Source: Fonticula-like sp. SCN 57-25 (Eukaryota). From it: a DNA stretch of 49,760 bases. Shown piece by piece: positions 23,801 to 34,557 of the stretch (the first letter of the stretch is position 1; each line of letters starts with the position of its first letter). The notes under the pieces are model-generated. The model worked only from the letters and a program-made list of their open reading frames with translations. It did no database searches and was not told the DNA's origin. Location of the stretch: NCBI GenBank assembly GCA_001724245.1, contig MEDX01000078.1:1-49760 (forward strand), written 5' to 3'. A program made the translations under genes and the position numbers.

Positions 23801-26800
23801 GGGCCACCGAGATCACCAACCCATGCCAGCCGCTGTTCTGCACCAAGTCGTCGCCCAGTTACTCTCCGTTCAACGCCGAGTGGCCCGAGTCTGTGCAGGC
23901 CGGCTCCTCGGCGTCGGGCACCTGCGCCGCGGGCTACTTTGGCACGACCGCGCGCGCTTGCTCCCTCGCGGGCGAATGGGGCACCCCGTCGCCGGCATGC
24001 CAGCCGATCCAGTGCGCCGCCATTGGCAACGACGGAGCGCACAGCTCGTGGCCGCAGACACAGGCCGGCCAAAGCGCCTCGGGCACGTGCCTCGCGGGCT
24101 ACGAGGGCGCACCGACGCGCCTGTGCAGCATCACCGGCCAGTGGGAGGAGGTCTCGTCGCCCTGCGCGCAGAAGAAGTGCCCGGCCGGCACGATCTCCAA
24201 CAGCATGTGGAATGAGACGCTCGGTGGTCTTTCGGCCACGGGCATTTGCGTCCCTGGGACCACCGGCACGGTCACGCGCTCGTGCTCGACGGACGGCATT
24301 TGGGGCCCGGTGGTCGGCTCGTGCGTTGGTGTGCTTTGCCCCGCCGAGACTGTGGGCAACGCGGAGTGGCTAGAGACCCCCCAGGGCAACGTTGCCACGG
24401 GCTCATGTGTGGTCGGTTACGGCTCCTCTTCGACACCTAGCCGTGCCTGCCTTGAGAACGGCGTGTGGGGTGCCATCACCGGCTCCTGCATTCGCCTCCA
24501 GTGCAATGCCGATACCTTTGACAACGCCGAGTGGCCGCAGGTGGACTCTATGACGGACGGCATTCGCGGGACTTGCGTTGCCGGGTGGCAGGGCGCTCCC
24601 CTGCGTAACTGCTCGGCGACCGGCCTGTACTCTGCTGTTACGAACCCATGCGTCCGCATCACGTGCCCGCCCCTCGAGGGCGAGTCCGGCGCATGGCCGT
24701 TGGTCAATGCTGGCACGCTCGGCGTGGAGGGCACCTGCCCGGCCGGCTCTGATGGAACGCCTGTGCGCAACTGCGCGATCGACGGCACATGGAGCGCCAT
24801 CGTCAGCGGCGACTGTGTTGCTCGCTCTTGCCAGGCCGAGACCTCTGGCCAGGTTAGCTGGCCGGCAACCCCGGCCGGCGGCGTGGTTGGCGGCTCGTGC
24901 AGCGAGGGCTACTCTGGCAGCCCTTCGCGGTCCTGCTCGTCGGTTGGCGAGTGGGAGGCCATTGTGAACCCCTGCGTTCAGAACGTGTGCCCCGCCGTCA
25001 CCGACGGCCACGTGGAGTGGCCTTCGACGCCTGCGCTGTCGCTCCCGGTGGAAGGTGTGTGCGAGCTTGGCTTCTTTGGCAACCCCACCCGCACCTGCGA
25101 TGCCGATGGCAACTGGGGCGCCATCTCGGACCCGTGTGCCCCGCTTCTGTGCGCGCCTGGTTTTGCTGGCAACGCCGATTGGTCCGCGACCCCGGCAGGG
25201 CAGAACGGCGTCGGCAACTGCACCGCCGGATACGAGGGTGCCCCAATGCGTGCTTGCCTTGCCGATGGCTCGTGGAACACGACGATTGTCAACCCCTGCC
25301 GGATCAAGTATGATGATTGCCCCAGCTCTACTGTTGGTATGACTTTCTTCCCCCGCGCTGAACCCGGCGAAGCGGTCAATGGCACCTGCCCGACCGATTT
25401 TATGAACTCTGAGTATGGCCCGCCGTATCGCCAGTGCTACGCGAACGGGACGTGGGAGGCCGAGTATAGCAACCCCTGTGTGCTCGTCCCCATTGAAGTG
25501 TCGGGCACCCTGTCAAACTTGACTTGGGTGAGCAAGACGTCCACCGAGGTGTCGCTCACATGGACCGCCATCAACATGACCGTGAACACGACGTTCCGCG
25601 TCGAGATCGCTGTTGGAACCAGCGCGTTTTCGATCGCGAACGGCGGAGATGCCGTTGGGCTCCTCACTCCCAGCGCCGTCATCAAGAACCTGTTCCCGAA
25701 TACGGTCTACCTTTTCCGCGTTTCCGTTGGTGGCAACCGTGGCTACGACGAGCTCAACCATTTGACGCTTGCGGTCAAGACTTACATTGCGCCCGCCTCT
25801 GGCCTGAAGCTTGACTTGGCCGAGGACGACAAACTGACGTTCTCCTGGACTGCCTCTCCGCAAGCGCAGTACTACGAGTCGTACTACCGCTTGGTTGACA
25901 CCACCTCTCGTGCAGCCACTGATACTTTCACGTTCTCCGAGCGCGTGGATGCCAGCGCTGGATCCATGACGGTGGGCTCGCTCGAGCCTGGTCGCTCGTA
26001 CGAGATCCTTCTGCTGTCGGGTCTGAACAACGAGACGGAGCAGGTTGGCGCTCGCATGACTGTAAGCACGACCTCGTCGACCGAAAACATTGTTGAGGAC
26101 CCGAGCCTTGGCACCAATGGCACGATCATTGCAGCCGCCAGCGCGGGAGCAGTTGTGGCTCTTCTTGTGATTGTGGCTATTGTTGTGGTAGTCATCCGCC
26201 GCCGCCGCCGCCAAGCCAAGGAGACGCTCGATCAGTATGGTGGTATGGAGGCATTGCAGACTATCCAGATGTACAACAAGACGCTCGCTCGGTCGCGCAA
26301 CAGCATGAGCCACGCGGACTCTACGACCCATTTGCAGGATGCTCACCAGACTATTGTGAACACTGTCCTGGAAGTTGCTCTTCCTGGATTCCTGCTCGTC
26401 GAGTTTCCCGTGGCGGTGCGCCCTGGTGCAGTGTTCCCGGCCAGCAGCAGCAGTACTGCGTACGCGGCCACACTGCTTGATTCGACGCTTTCGCAGCGCA
26501 TCGGCACCAACGATGTAGCGGTAAAGGAGTTTATTGCCAATCCTGATCTCACTGACGAGGTGAATACTGACCGCTTCCATTCGGAAGTGGCGCTTATGTG
26601 GTCGCTGTCGTTCCACCCGAACGTGATCAGCCTTGTCGCGTACTCTGACGAGCCGCGCGCCATGATCACTCGCCTCTACCAGACTGATTTGGAGTCGTTC
26701 CTGCACTCGCAGGGCGATGAATCCCCGCTTTCTTCTACTCTGCTGCTTCAGCTCGCGACCGGCATTTCGTCTGGTCTGGCTGCAATTCACTCTCTCCACG

Positions 26801-27273
26801 TGGCCCACCGCGACCTGCGGTCGTCCAACATCCTGCTTCAGACTCCGCCGGACCACTCTGAGTTCCTGACCGCGGTCGTCGGCGGCCTTTCGGCAACGCG
26901 CACATCTGCGGATGAACTTTCGACTCTCAAGATGACCAGTGCTCTGCGCTACGCGTCGCCGCAGGTGTTTGGCCACATGGACCACCTCGATGTGGACTGG
27001 CCGATTGAGGAGGACATGGCCAGCGACGTGTACTCTCTCGGCGTCGTGTTCTGGGAGATGTGCGAGCGCCGCACGCCATGGAAGGATATGCCCGACATGG
27101 ACATTGGCAGCAACGTGTCCGACGGCCGCTTCCTCGAGGTGAACGATGACAGTAAAGACAGCGTCCGCTTTGAGCTCGCGGCTATCATGCGCCAGGTGTT
27201 TGTTGTCGAGGCTGCCGCTCGCCCGTCCGCCTCAGAGGTCAACGCTCGCGTCAACGCCCTTGCCAGCGAATAG
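20844..27273 (+). CDS. Type I membrane receptor pseudokinase (TKL-like): signal peptide, DNRLRE-like domain, EGF, 21 Cys-rich HormR/sushi-like repeats, 2 FN3, TM, degenerate kinase; in-frame TAG at 20898-20900
   Basis: Introns 20914-20965, 21139-21237 (weaker GTAGCG donor), 21360-21413, 21504-21548, 21616-21671, 21856-21914, 22080-22127, 22458-22507 join the 5' exons to the 22528-27273 ORF. TM AGAVVALLVIVAIVVVVI followed by RRRRR. Kinase motifs VAVK, HPNVI, HRDLRSSN, SDVYSLG..WEM...PW. Confidence 0.85.
21915..25482 (+). repeat. 21 tandem 52-60 aa Cys-rich extracellular repeats
   Basis: Consensus C-x(5-10)-A-x-W-P-x-T-x(6-7)-G-x-C-xx-G-[YF]-x-G-x-P-x-R-x-C-xxx-G-x-W-x(5-6)-C, counted 21 times in the spliced translation. 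Confidence 0.85.
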
Positions 27274-27733
27274 ACCCCGTTTTGGATGGCATGTTTTTTG
27301 CTTTCGTTTATTATTTTCCGCTATATATCCTTACAGCGTCGCTGCGGGCGCGCTATTTCCGCGTCCTGTTCTATTGCACGTTGTTATATTTTAATAAAAG
27401 TTGCTGATATCATTATCCAGTTATTCATGCTATATTATTATGCTCGTATGTCCATTGGATGCTTTAGGTCTTCTTCTGTGACAGGGCTCGCGTTTTTATC
27501 GTCGATTATGGCCATGTTCATATTTTTGTAGTGCCAGTGCACCCCGGTACAGTCAACGCGTACATTTGTGACCGGCCAAAATCCCTAGTATGCGATATAT
27601 TAATGAAAAGACAATATGATACCGGTGCATACTGTATAATCGATATTTTAGGACTTTGAACAGCTTTGGCTTTGAAAGTCGCAAAACATTCTACCATGAA
27701 CTGGTTTGTGCCGGTGTTGCCCTGACCAGCGCG

Positions 27734-29698
27734 ATGGCGCCGATGGCCACCATGTGGATGCATATTTTGGTGATTCTGCTGGCTGTGCGCCTCTCGCATG
27801 CCTCTTTGACACCGACCTATATAGTGGACATTCCGACGCGCGACAATAAGACGCTCAAGGCGGATGTTTATGTTCCTGCCGGAGTATCACCGGACAAGTG
27901 GCCGACAGTGCTGATCCAGACGCCGTACAACCGTAAGCTATACCGGGTGGCGGGTCTGCCGCTTGGTGTTGGCGACGACATTGATGATAGCGCGTACGCA
28001 TGGGTTATCCTTGACTGGCGCGGGTTCTTCGACTCTCGCCCGGCGGCCAACGTGACGGGAGCAATCAAGCGAGGCGAAGATGGGTTCGACGCCGTTGGGT
28101 GGATTGCCGACCAGTCGTGGAGCAATGGCAAGGTTGCGACGTGGGGCCTCTCAGCTCTCGGTCTTATTCAATATCAGACGGCGCGGGAGAACCCCCCGGC
28201 CCTTCGGTGCATTATGCCCATGGTGTCGTCGCCCGTCACTTCGTACTCGAGCTACCTGCCCGGCGGGGTGGCGCGCACCGAGTACATTGACCAGATGGAC
28301 GCCCTTGGGTACGGCGTCGGCGCCTCTGTCTATGGCAACCCGTATCGCAACGTTTATTGGAATCTGGCCGAGTCGTCGACAACGTACCATGATTCGATCC
28401 TCGTGCCCGCGCTGCTCCTCTGTGGGTGGCACGACCACAACGTGGCGGCCATGATCGCTGATTACGCAGCTCTGCGCGGCAGCGGCACCGCCGTCGCGGA
28501 CCAGCACCGCCTTGTGTTTGGCCCGTGGTCGCATAGCACGGTAGACGAGAGCACCGTCGGCCAGCTGAGCTTTTCAGGCGCCGAGGGTTACGCGACGGAG
28601 CGAATGGTCGAGTGGCTCGACTGGTGTTTATTGGGAAACTCGTCCAGCACGGCCCCGACGCGCCCAAACGTCTCCTTTTATCAGATGGGCGAGGGCGAAT
28701 GGCGGTCGGCGTCTGCATGGCCTCCGTCGGCCGTGGGCTCCCTGCGCCTGCGCCTCACCGACCAAGGTGGCGCTGTCGAAGACTTTGGCGCGACATCGGC
28801 GTCCATCTCGTCCCACGCGAGCCTGACGTACGATCCGCGGTCTCCTTCGCCGACGGTGGGCGGCGCGACGCTTGACTCGTCGCTTGATCAGGGCCCGTTT
28901 GACCAGCAGCCGGCTGTCGAGTCGCGCAATGACACGCTCGTGTTCTCGACCGGAACTCTCGCGTCTGCGCTGCGCGTCCAGGGCGCCGTGCAGGTGACGC
29001 TAAATGTGAGCTCGTCGCAGGTTGACTCTGATGTGGTCGTGCGCCTCACCGACGTGTACCCCGACGGGAGGTCGATGCTGCTCACCGAGGCGCCGCTGCG
29101 CCTCAAGATGCGCGGCGGGTTCCGGCAGCAGGATGTCGCGCTCCTATCGCCCGGCGCGTTTGTGAGCGTCACCCTCACGCTCCCCAGCGTTGCAAACACT
29201 TTTCTCCAGGGGCACAAGATGCGCATTATTGTCACGGGCTCCAACTTTCCGCGCTATAACCGCAACAGCAACAATGGCGTTGACCCAATGTACCCGGGCG
29301 CGGCGGGCGATGGCCTCGTGACGCCTGTCAACGTGGCCGTCAACACCTTTTCGCTCGACGGCTCGTCGTTTATCACAGTGCCGACAGACGGGCCTTTCGA
29401 CGTGACGCCGGACCCGCCAACGACAACACCGCCGCCGGGAACAACGCTGCCACCTACTACTCCGCCGCCTACTACTACTCCCCCACCTACTACTACACCA
29501 ACACCTACTACTACACCAACACCTACTACTACTATACCACCTACTACTACGCCGCCAGGGACTACACTGCCGCCGACAGACCCGCCGGGCAGTTCGCCGA
29601 CGCCCACTTCCGCGGCTGGTGCGACGCGGCCGTGGACCTCGGCCATTGTCGCCTCTGTGGCAATATGCGCGTCGCTCTTGCTCCATTGGAAGCGTTGA
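27734..29698 (+). CDS. Secreted CocE/NonD-family (peptidase S15, alpha/beta-fold) hydrolase with Pro/Thr stalk and GPI-anchor-like C-terminus; intronless
   Basis: Signal peptide MWMHILVILLAVRLSHA. Motifs IPTRD.KTL.ADVY, TVLIQTPYN, DWRGFF.S, EDGFDAVGWIADQSWSNGKV, nucleophile WGLSALG, GWHD, GPWSH, YDP.SP.PT.GG, DSDVVVRLTDVYPDG, SNFPRYNRN. Hydrophobic C-terminus after SAAG. The start may be any of the ATGs at 27734/27743/27752/27758. Confidence 0.9.
   Translation: MAPMATMWMHILVILLAVRLSHASLTPTYIVDIPTRDNKTLKADVYVPAGVSPDKWPTVLIQTPYNRKLYRVAGLPLGVGDDIDDSAYAWVILDWRGFFDSRPAANVTGAIKRGEDGFDAVGWIADQSWSNGKVATWGLSALGLIQYQTARENPPALRCIMPMVSSPVTSYSSYLPGGVARTEYIDQMDALGYGVGASVYGNPYRNVYWNLAESSTTYHDSILVPALLLCGWHDHNVAAMIADYAALRGSGTAVADQHRLVFGPWSHSTVDESTVGQLSFSGAEGYATERMVEWLDWCLLGNSSSTAPTRPNVSFYQMGEGEWRSASAWPPSAVGSLRLRLTDQGGAVEDFGATSASISSHASLTYDPRSPSPTVGGATLDSSLDQGPFDQQPAVESRNDTLVFSTGTLASALRVQGAVQVTLNVSSSQVDSDVVVRLTDVYPDGRSMLLTEAPLRLKMRGGFRQQDVALLSPGAFVSVTLTLPSVANTFLQGHKMRIIVTGSNFPRYNRNSNNGVDPMYPGAAGDGLVTPVNVAVNTFSLDGSSFITVPTDGPFDVTPDPPTTTPPPGTTLPPTTPPPTTTPPPTTTPTPTTTPTPTTTIPPTTTPPGTTLPPTDPPGSSPTPTSAAGATRPWTSAIVASVAICASLLLHWKR
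29413..29585 (+). repeat. About 18-nt coding tandem repeat encoding the (PPTTTP/PTTTPT)n mucin-like stalk
   Basis: Recurrent cctactactac(a/t/g)cc units, e.g. acacctactactacaccaacacctactactacaccaacacctactactact. Confidence 0.85.
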
Positions 29699-29881
29699 CC
29701 TAAGAGGGGCATGCTTATTGTATGATATTTATATGTATTATTTTAATGCAGCATTCTTTGTGGGTTTTTCGCTGCTGTGCGACACTGATTTCCAATATAC
29801 GCTCAGTTTGCTATATTATAATACAGGACGATGGATCTGCACTGCAGGACAGCTACCGCTAAAACAAAAATCAAGAGCGGC

Positions 29882-30340
29882 TCAGGATGAAGGGTTCTGC
29901 TCTCTGTATTTCCGCATCTCCTCCTCGTATGTGGCGCTCGCGTCCATCGCGGCGACGGGCTTGGGACGGCAGCGGTTTTTCTACCGAGGATCGTTAGCGA
30001 ACGGCGCAAAAAAAAGCACAGAAACATACGATGCGGTCTTCCAGTTCCTGTCGCCTGGAAAAGAACAAAATATTGTTAACCAATGTAGCCTTATATTTAA
30101 TAGTGAGCTGGGTGCGCACCTCTTGTAAGCCATGTATAAACGCTCTTTCTCGCTGAGGCTCGCAAGCTTCCTCATGTCGTCGAGGGGCGTGCCCTCAAAG
30201 TAATCTGGCTCTGACTCATACACGGAGGCGGCCGCGGCAGCAGCCTGGGCCAGCAGCACAGGGTCAAACTGATACCGCGCGTCGTCAACCGCGTCGGGCA
30301 TGCGGCCCGCGTAGGCGCCCTGTGGAATGCTGTAGTCCAT
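29882..30340 (-). CDS. Small hypothetical protein (114 aa, 3 exons)
   Basis: Exons 30340-30120, 30054-30030, 29980-29882 with canonical introns (GTGCGC..CAG; GTATGT..CTAAC..TAG). They splice in frame to MDYSIPQGAY...LYMAYKRRQELEDRIKNRCRPKP...YREQNPSS*. No recognisable family. Confidence 0.65.
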
Positions 30341-30469
30341 GGCTCGCTACCTCCTCCGGTGGCAAGCGATGAGCGGGCACGTCGGTTGATGAAACGATCA
30401 CGTGGCCTTAAAGTGGTAGATTTGTGATTGTGGCGGGAAGGGTCCCCTGACGGCGCGGATCGATAGGCC

Positions 30470-33400
30470 ATGCCGTGGCTTGCGCGCACGTCGCTGCCTG
30501 CAACAGCTGTAACCAAGTGCGCTTCATTGCGGAGCGCAGATGGCTATTCGTGGGTAGTTTTAGCCACCGAGTGCACGCTTGAAGTGTGCGTATTAGATGA
30601 GAGTGAACAGCTAGAGACGGTGTCCTCGCTTCCCGTCTTTGGCATCGTGCACGACGTTGCCGTTCTTCGCTGGGATGCGGGCCCGACGGCCACCGAGTTT
30701 TTCGAAAAGCTTTCCCCGACGGCCCTATCTGAGGACCTTTTGGTTGTTTCGACCGACGCATCCGTCCTTTGCGTGCTAACCGTGTCGAATGATGGCGCGC
30801 TTTCGCTCGTCCGCGAGGTTCCTCTGACGGATGACGTCGGTGGCGGGGACGGAATGCTGATCAAGAACGCGCTTATTGCTTATGATCCCGACAGCTCTGC
30901 CTTGGCCGTCTGCGCGCTGACCGAGGCCGTAGGCGTCATTCTTGCGGGCGCGGATGGGCTCACGACTGTGTCCGTCAACTTTCAAGGATGCTCGATCCTG
31001 AGCCTTGCTCTGCTGCGCCCTCATGTTCTAAACCCAACTAAGCTGCCGCTTGTCGCCCTAGTGAGCCGCGCTGGCGACGCCAACGTACAGCTGTGCGTCA
31101 TTGAAGTGGACCGCCAGCTGCGCACGGCGGCGCTCCGGAGCCGCGTCGTTGCGCCGCCCTCGCACTTTCCGCACAAGGTGGTCGCGCTACCGCACATGCC
31201 GCAGCACTGCCTCATTGTGGCGGATAACGCAGTGTGGCTTGTAAACGTGGCGCACTTGCCGTTTCCGGCACCAGGGCCGCCTCCGAGACTCTCCCCGCTA
31301 AAGTCGGCAACGTACCCAAGACTGCCGCCGGGGTCAAGGCCGGACATCGTCTCCTTTGTCAACGCCGCAGTTGACGATACAAGCGATATCGCGCAACCGA
31401 TAGTATACCTTGGGCTTTCTTCGTACGTTTTCTTTTTTTGTCCGGTGTACCATGAAGCTCTGTTTTGGTCCATTCTTGCCTGGCTACTTCCCATTAGGCT
31501 CTCTGGCGAATTGCTATTACCGATTGACCATTTAGTATATATATTATTATGATTGTTCTCTTGCTGTTTTGTTCCATCTTTTGTTGTGCCTTTTTTGCTA
31601 AGAGTTTTTTCCTTTCCAGTGGCGATGTGATTTCACTGGAAGTGGACGGCACGAGTACTTTTGATCTGACCTGGATCGCGCGCGTTCCTCCCTTTGACCG
31701 CCTCTTGGCGCTTGGCTCCTACCGCCTCTTCCTTCCCTGCTGCACCGCCGACGCGCGCCTGCTTGTTCTCGACCCGTCTCTCGCCGAGCCCCCCCGCGCG
31801 TCCATCTGCCGCCCCAATCGCTCCCCGATCCTCGACGCGCGCCCCATGCCGGCTCCCGACGCCGGCGGTGACGACGCGCTCCTTGTCGCCTGCGGCATGC
31901 AAGGCGGCGGCTCGGTTGACGTAATTAGAACCGGGTTGGTGTGGAACGCGTTGACGTCGAGCGGGGGCGACGGCAGCGGCAGTGGCGGGTTTCAGGGCGC
32001 CACGCGCGTCTGGGCGCTTCGCTCAGTTGGCGCCGCTCATCACTCGCTGCTGCTCTTTTCGTTTGTGACTGGCACGCGACTGCTGCGCCTTGACCCGTCG
32101 GGGGAGCTGGCAGACATTTCCGACGCCGCGGGGATCGACCAGCGAGCGCCAACGCTGTACTGCTGCGTGTGCGGATCGTTGGACGGCGCCGATGTCGTCG
32201 CACAGGTGACGCCGCGGGCGGTCGTGTGCCGCGGGCGCACCGTGTGGACGCCACCAAACGCCGACGGTGGGGCAGGAAGCGAAGAGATCACGGCGGCCGC
32301 AGCCGCGGGTGGGCTGCTGTTTGTGGCGTACGGCAGGTCGGCCGCCGCGGCGGCCATTGCCGCGTTGCCGCTGAGCGGTCTCTGCGACGACTCGGCGGTG
32401 GCGATTGCCGTGGCGCACATTGCCGTTCCTGCCGCCGTGGCGCTCATGACGACCGTATCGCTGTCTGCAGGCAGCGATGCCGACGAGGAAAAGTGCGCGC
32501 TCGTGGTGGGGACGTTTGCCCCCAGCCTGCTTGTGTTTCATGTGAGGGGCGTGGGAGCCGGGGCTGCTCCGGTTGCCGACATTGATCTTCAGCATGTTGA
32601 GGCGGGCAAGGTGGCCGTGCCGCATAGCTGCGATGTGGTAGTGGAGATGAGCGGCGGGGCGACGGGGACGAATGCCGAACTGTCACTGGCAGTCGGGCTG
32701 CGTAACGGCGTCGTGGCGTTCTTTCCGATCCAAGGCGAGGCGATTGCGATGACGGCGCGGCACACATACGCCGTCGGTCGGTGCGTAATTTTGCGATATC
32801 TTTGTGTTTTTTGCGCGGATATCTGCATTTTATGTGTGTTGTTTCTGTCGTGTCTAGCGTCTTTTCTATTTCTCATTGGTCTTTGTTCTTCTTTTGCAGG
32901 TCGCCCGTTCGCGTTGCGTCGTGCATTTCGTCGGAGCGCGCGCACGTGCTTGCCATGTCGGACGACGCGTGCCATGTTCTCCGCTGCACGCGTTCCCTCG
33001 GCGTGATTGCCCTCCCAGTACAGACGCAGGACGCGCGCGTGATCGACGCCGCCCGCTTCTCGCTCGACTTTTCTCCCGACGCGTTCTGCGTCGTCACCTC
33101 GGACGCGCGCATGTCGATTGTGACGCTGGACCCCCGCGGCGGCCTCATGTCGTCTCGCCGCCTCGCCGCCTTTAACGCGACCGTCTGGCGTGTCCTCCCG
33201 CTCCGGCACTCGTTGCCGCACTGCGCCGTGGCTGTGCTGCGGCGGCCAGAAAAGGCGTGTGAGCTTGTTTTTATCGACACGCGCACTGGGCACGTCCGCG
33301 GAACATTCTCGCGGCTCGACGGCGGTGCCGCCAATTTCATGGACGACATGGTGGTGCACGCGCTGGCGGAGCTTCCGGACGGCCGCCTGGCGGTTGGCGG

Positions 33401-34385
33401 GTCGCATCGCGGCGGCAGCGGCTTTGTCATTCTGCTTGACGTCCGCGCCAACGACGACGAAATTGCTGTTACACAACTGAGCGCTGCGCGGACGGGGGCG
33501 CGCGTTCCTGCGCTCTGTGTTGTGCGAGCGGCCGATGGCGGCGCGCTACTCGTTGCGGGCCACGGGAACGTTCTTGCCGTGCTGAACGAGAGCGATGGCG
33601 CAATCGTCGAGCTCTGCCGCGCGTCTGTGCAGTTCCGCGTGCGCGCGGTCTACTGCTCGCCAAACGGCGACATTATCGTGGCCGACGCGCGCAGCTCCAT
33701 CACGGTGTACCGCATGCGGCAGCAGGATGACGGTGTCGTATCGCTGGCCGTGGCGGCCACGGACCCGCACTTTCGCCTGGGCGTCAGCATCACGGCGGTG
33801 TACGACGATGGCGACGGCGGCGCCCAGGTCGCCATGTCGGATCTCTTTGGAAACGTCATGTGCATCGACGCGTCGGCGGCGTCGGCGGCGGGTGAGTCGG
33901 CAGGACACCCCGCTGTCGCCCGCACGACGGCGTACTTTTGCGTTGGCGCACCCGCGCTGCGCGTTGCGTCGCTGCGAGGCCGGTCGTGGAGCGCACTCGT
34001 GGCGCTCACGACGCTAGGCTCGGCCGTAACTCTGACGCCGGTCGGCGAAGAGGCGTACGCGCTGCTGCGGGCGGTGGACGCGCTGGCGCCGCAGACGTCG
34101 GCGTTTGGGACCGACAGGGCGGCGTTCAGGCGCGGGCACGCAGAGGCGGCGAGCGGAGTCATCGATGGGGACGCACTTGCGGGAATGACGCGGGAGCAGA
34201 TTGCAGACGTCGTCGAGGCATTCAACGCGCTGCCGCGGGAGGAGGACGAGGAGCAGGAGGGCGCGGCCGCGTGGGCAGGCAGGTGGAGGAAGCGGCAGGC
34301 GGACAGGGGCGAGGCGGATACTCTTACCGCCGATTTCGTCACTGTTCTCATTGACTATTTTTGCCATTTCGTGTACTCTAGATGA
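30470..34385 (+). CDS. Divergent DDB1/SF3B3/CPSF160/Mms1-family triple beta-propeller protein
   Basis: N-terminal LETVSSLPVFGIVHDVAVL..DLLVVSTD, NRSPILD..ACG..GSVDVIRTGL, VWAL..LLLFSFVTGTRLL, LAVGLRNG, C-terminal GVIDGDAL (CPSF_A-like). Introns 31423-31619 and 32781-32899. Confidence 0.75.
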
Positions 34386-34557
34386 AACTGATTCGTTGTA
34401 CGATATCTCTTAATATAAAGGCCGGTGCTATATAACTTGTCTATTGTAGCACAAAGCAGAGTCGATAAAAGCCATGCTCAGCATGTCTATGCTAGGCAAG
34501 GCCAGATATTCTTATGCGCCATCCTATGATTCGCTCAATATGTACAAGTAATAAACA

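Noticed and set aside
25513-26985. 490-aa minus-strand ORF opposite the receptor kinase, and the many other Arg/Ala/Pro-rich overlapping ORFs
   Set aside because: Antisense or off-frame artefacts of high GC content.
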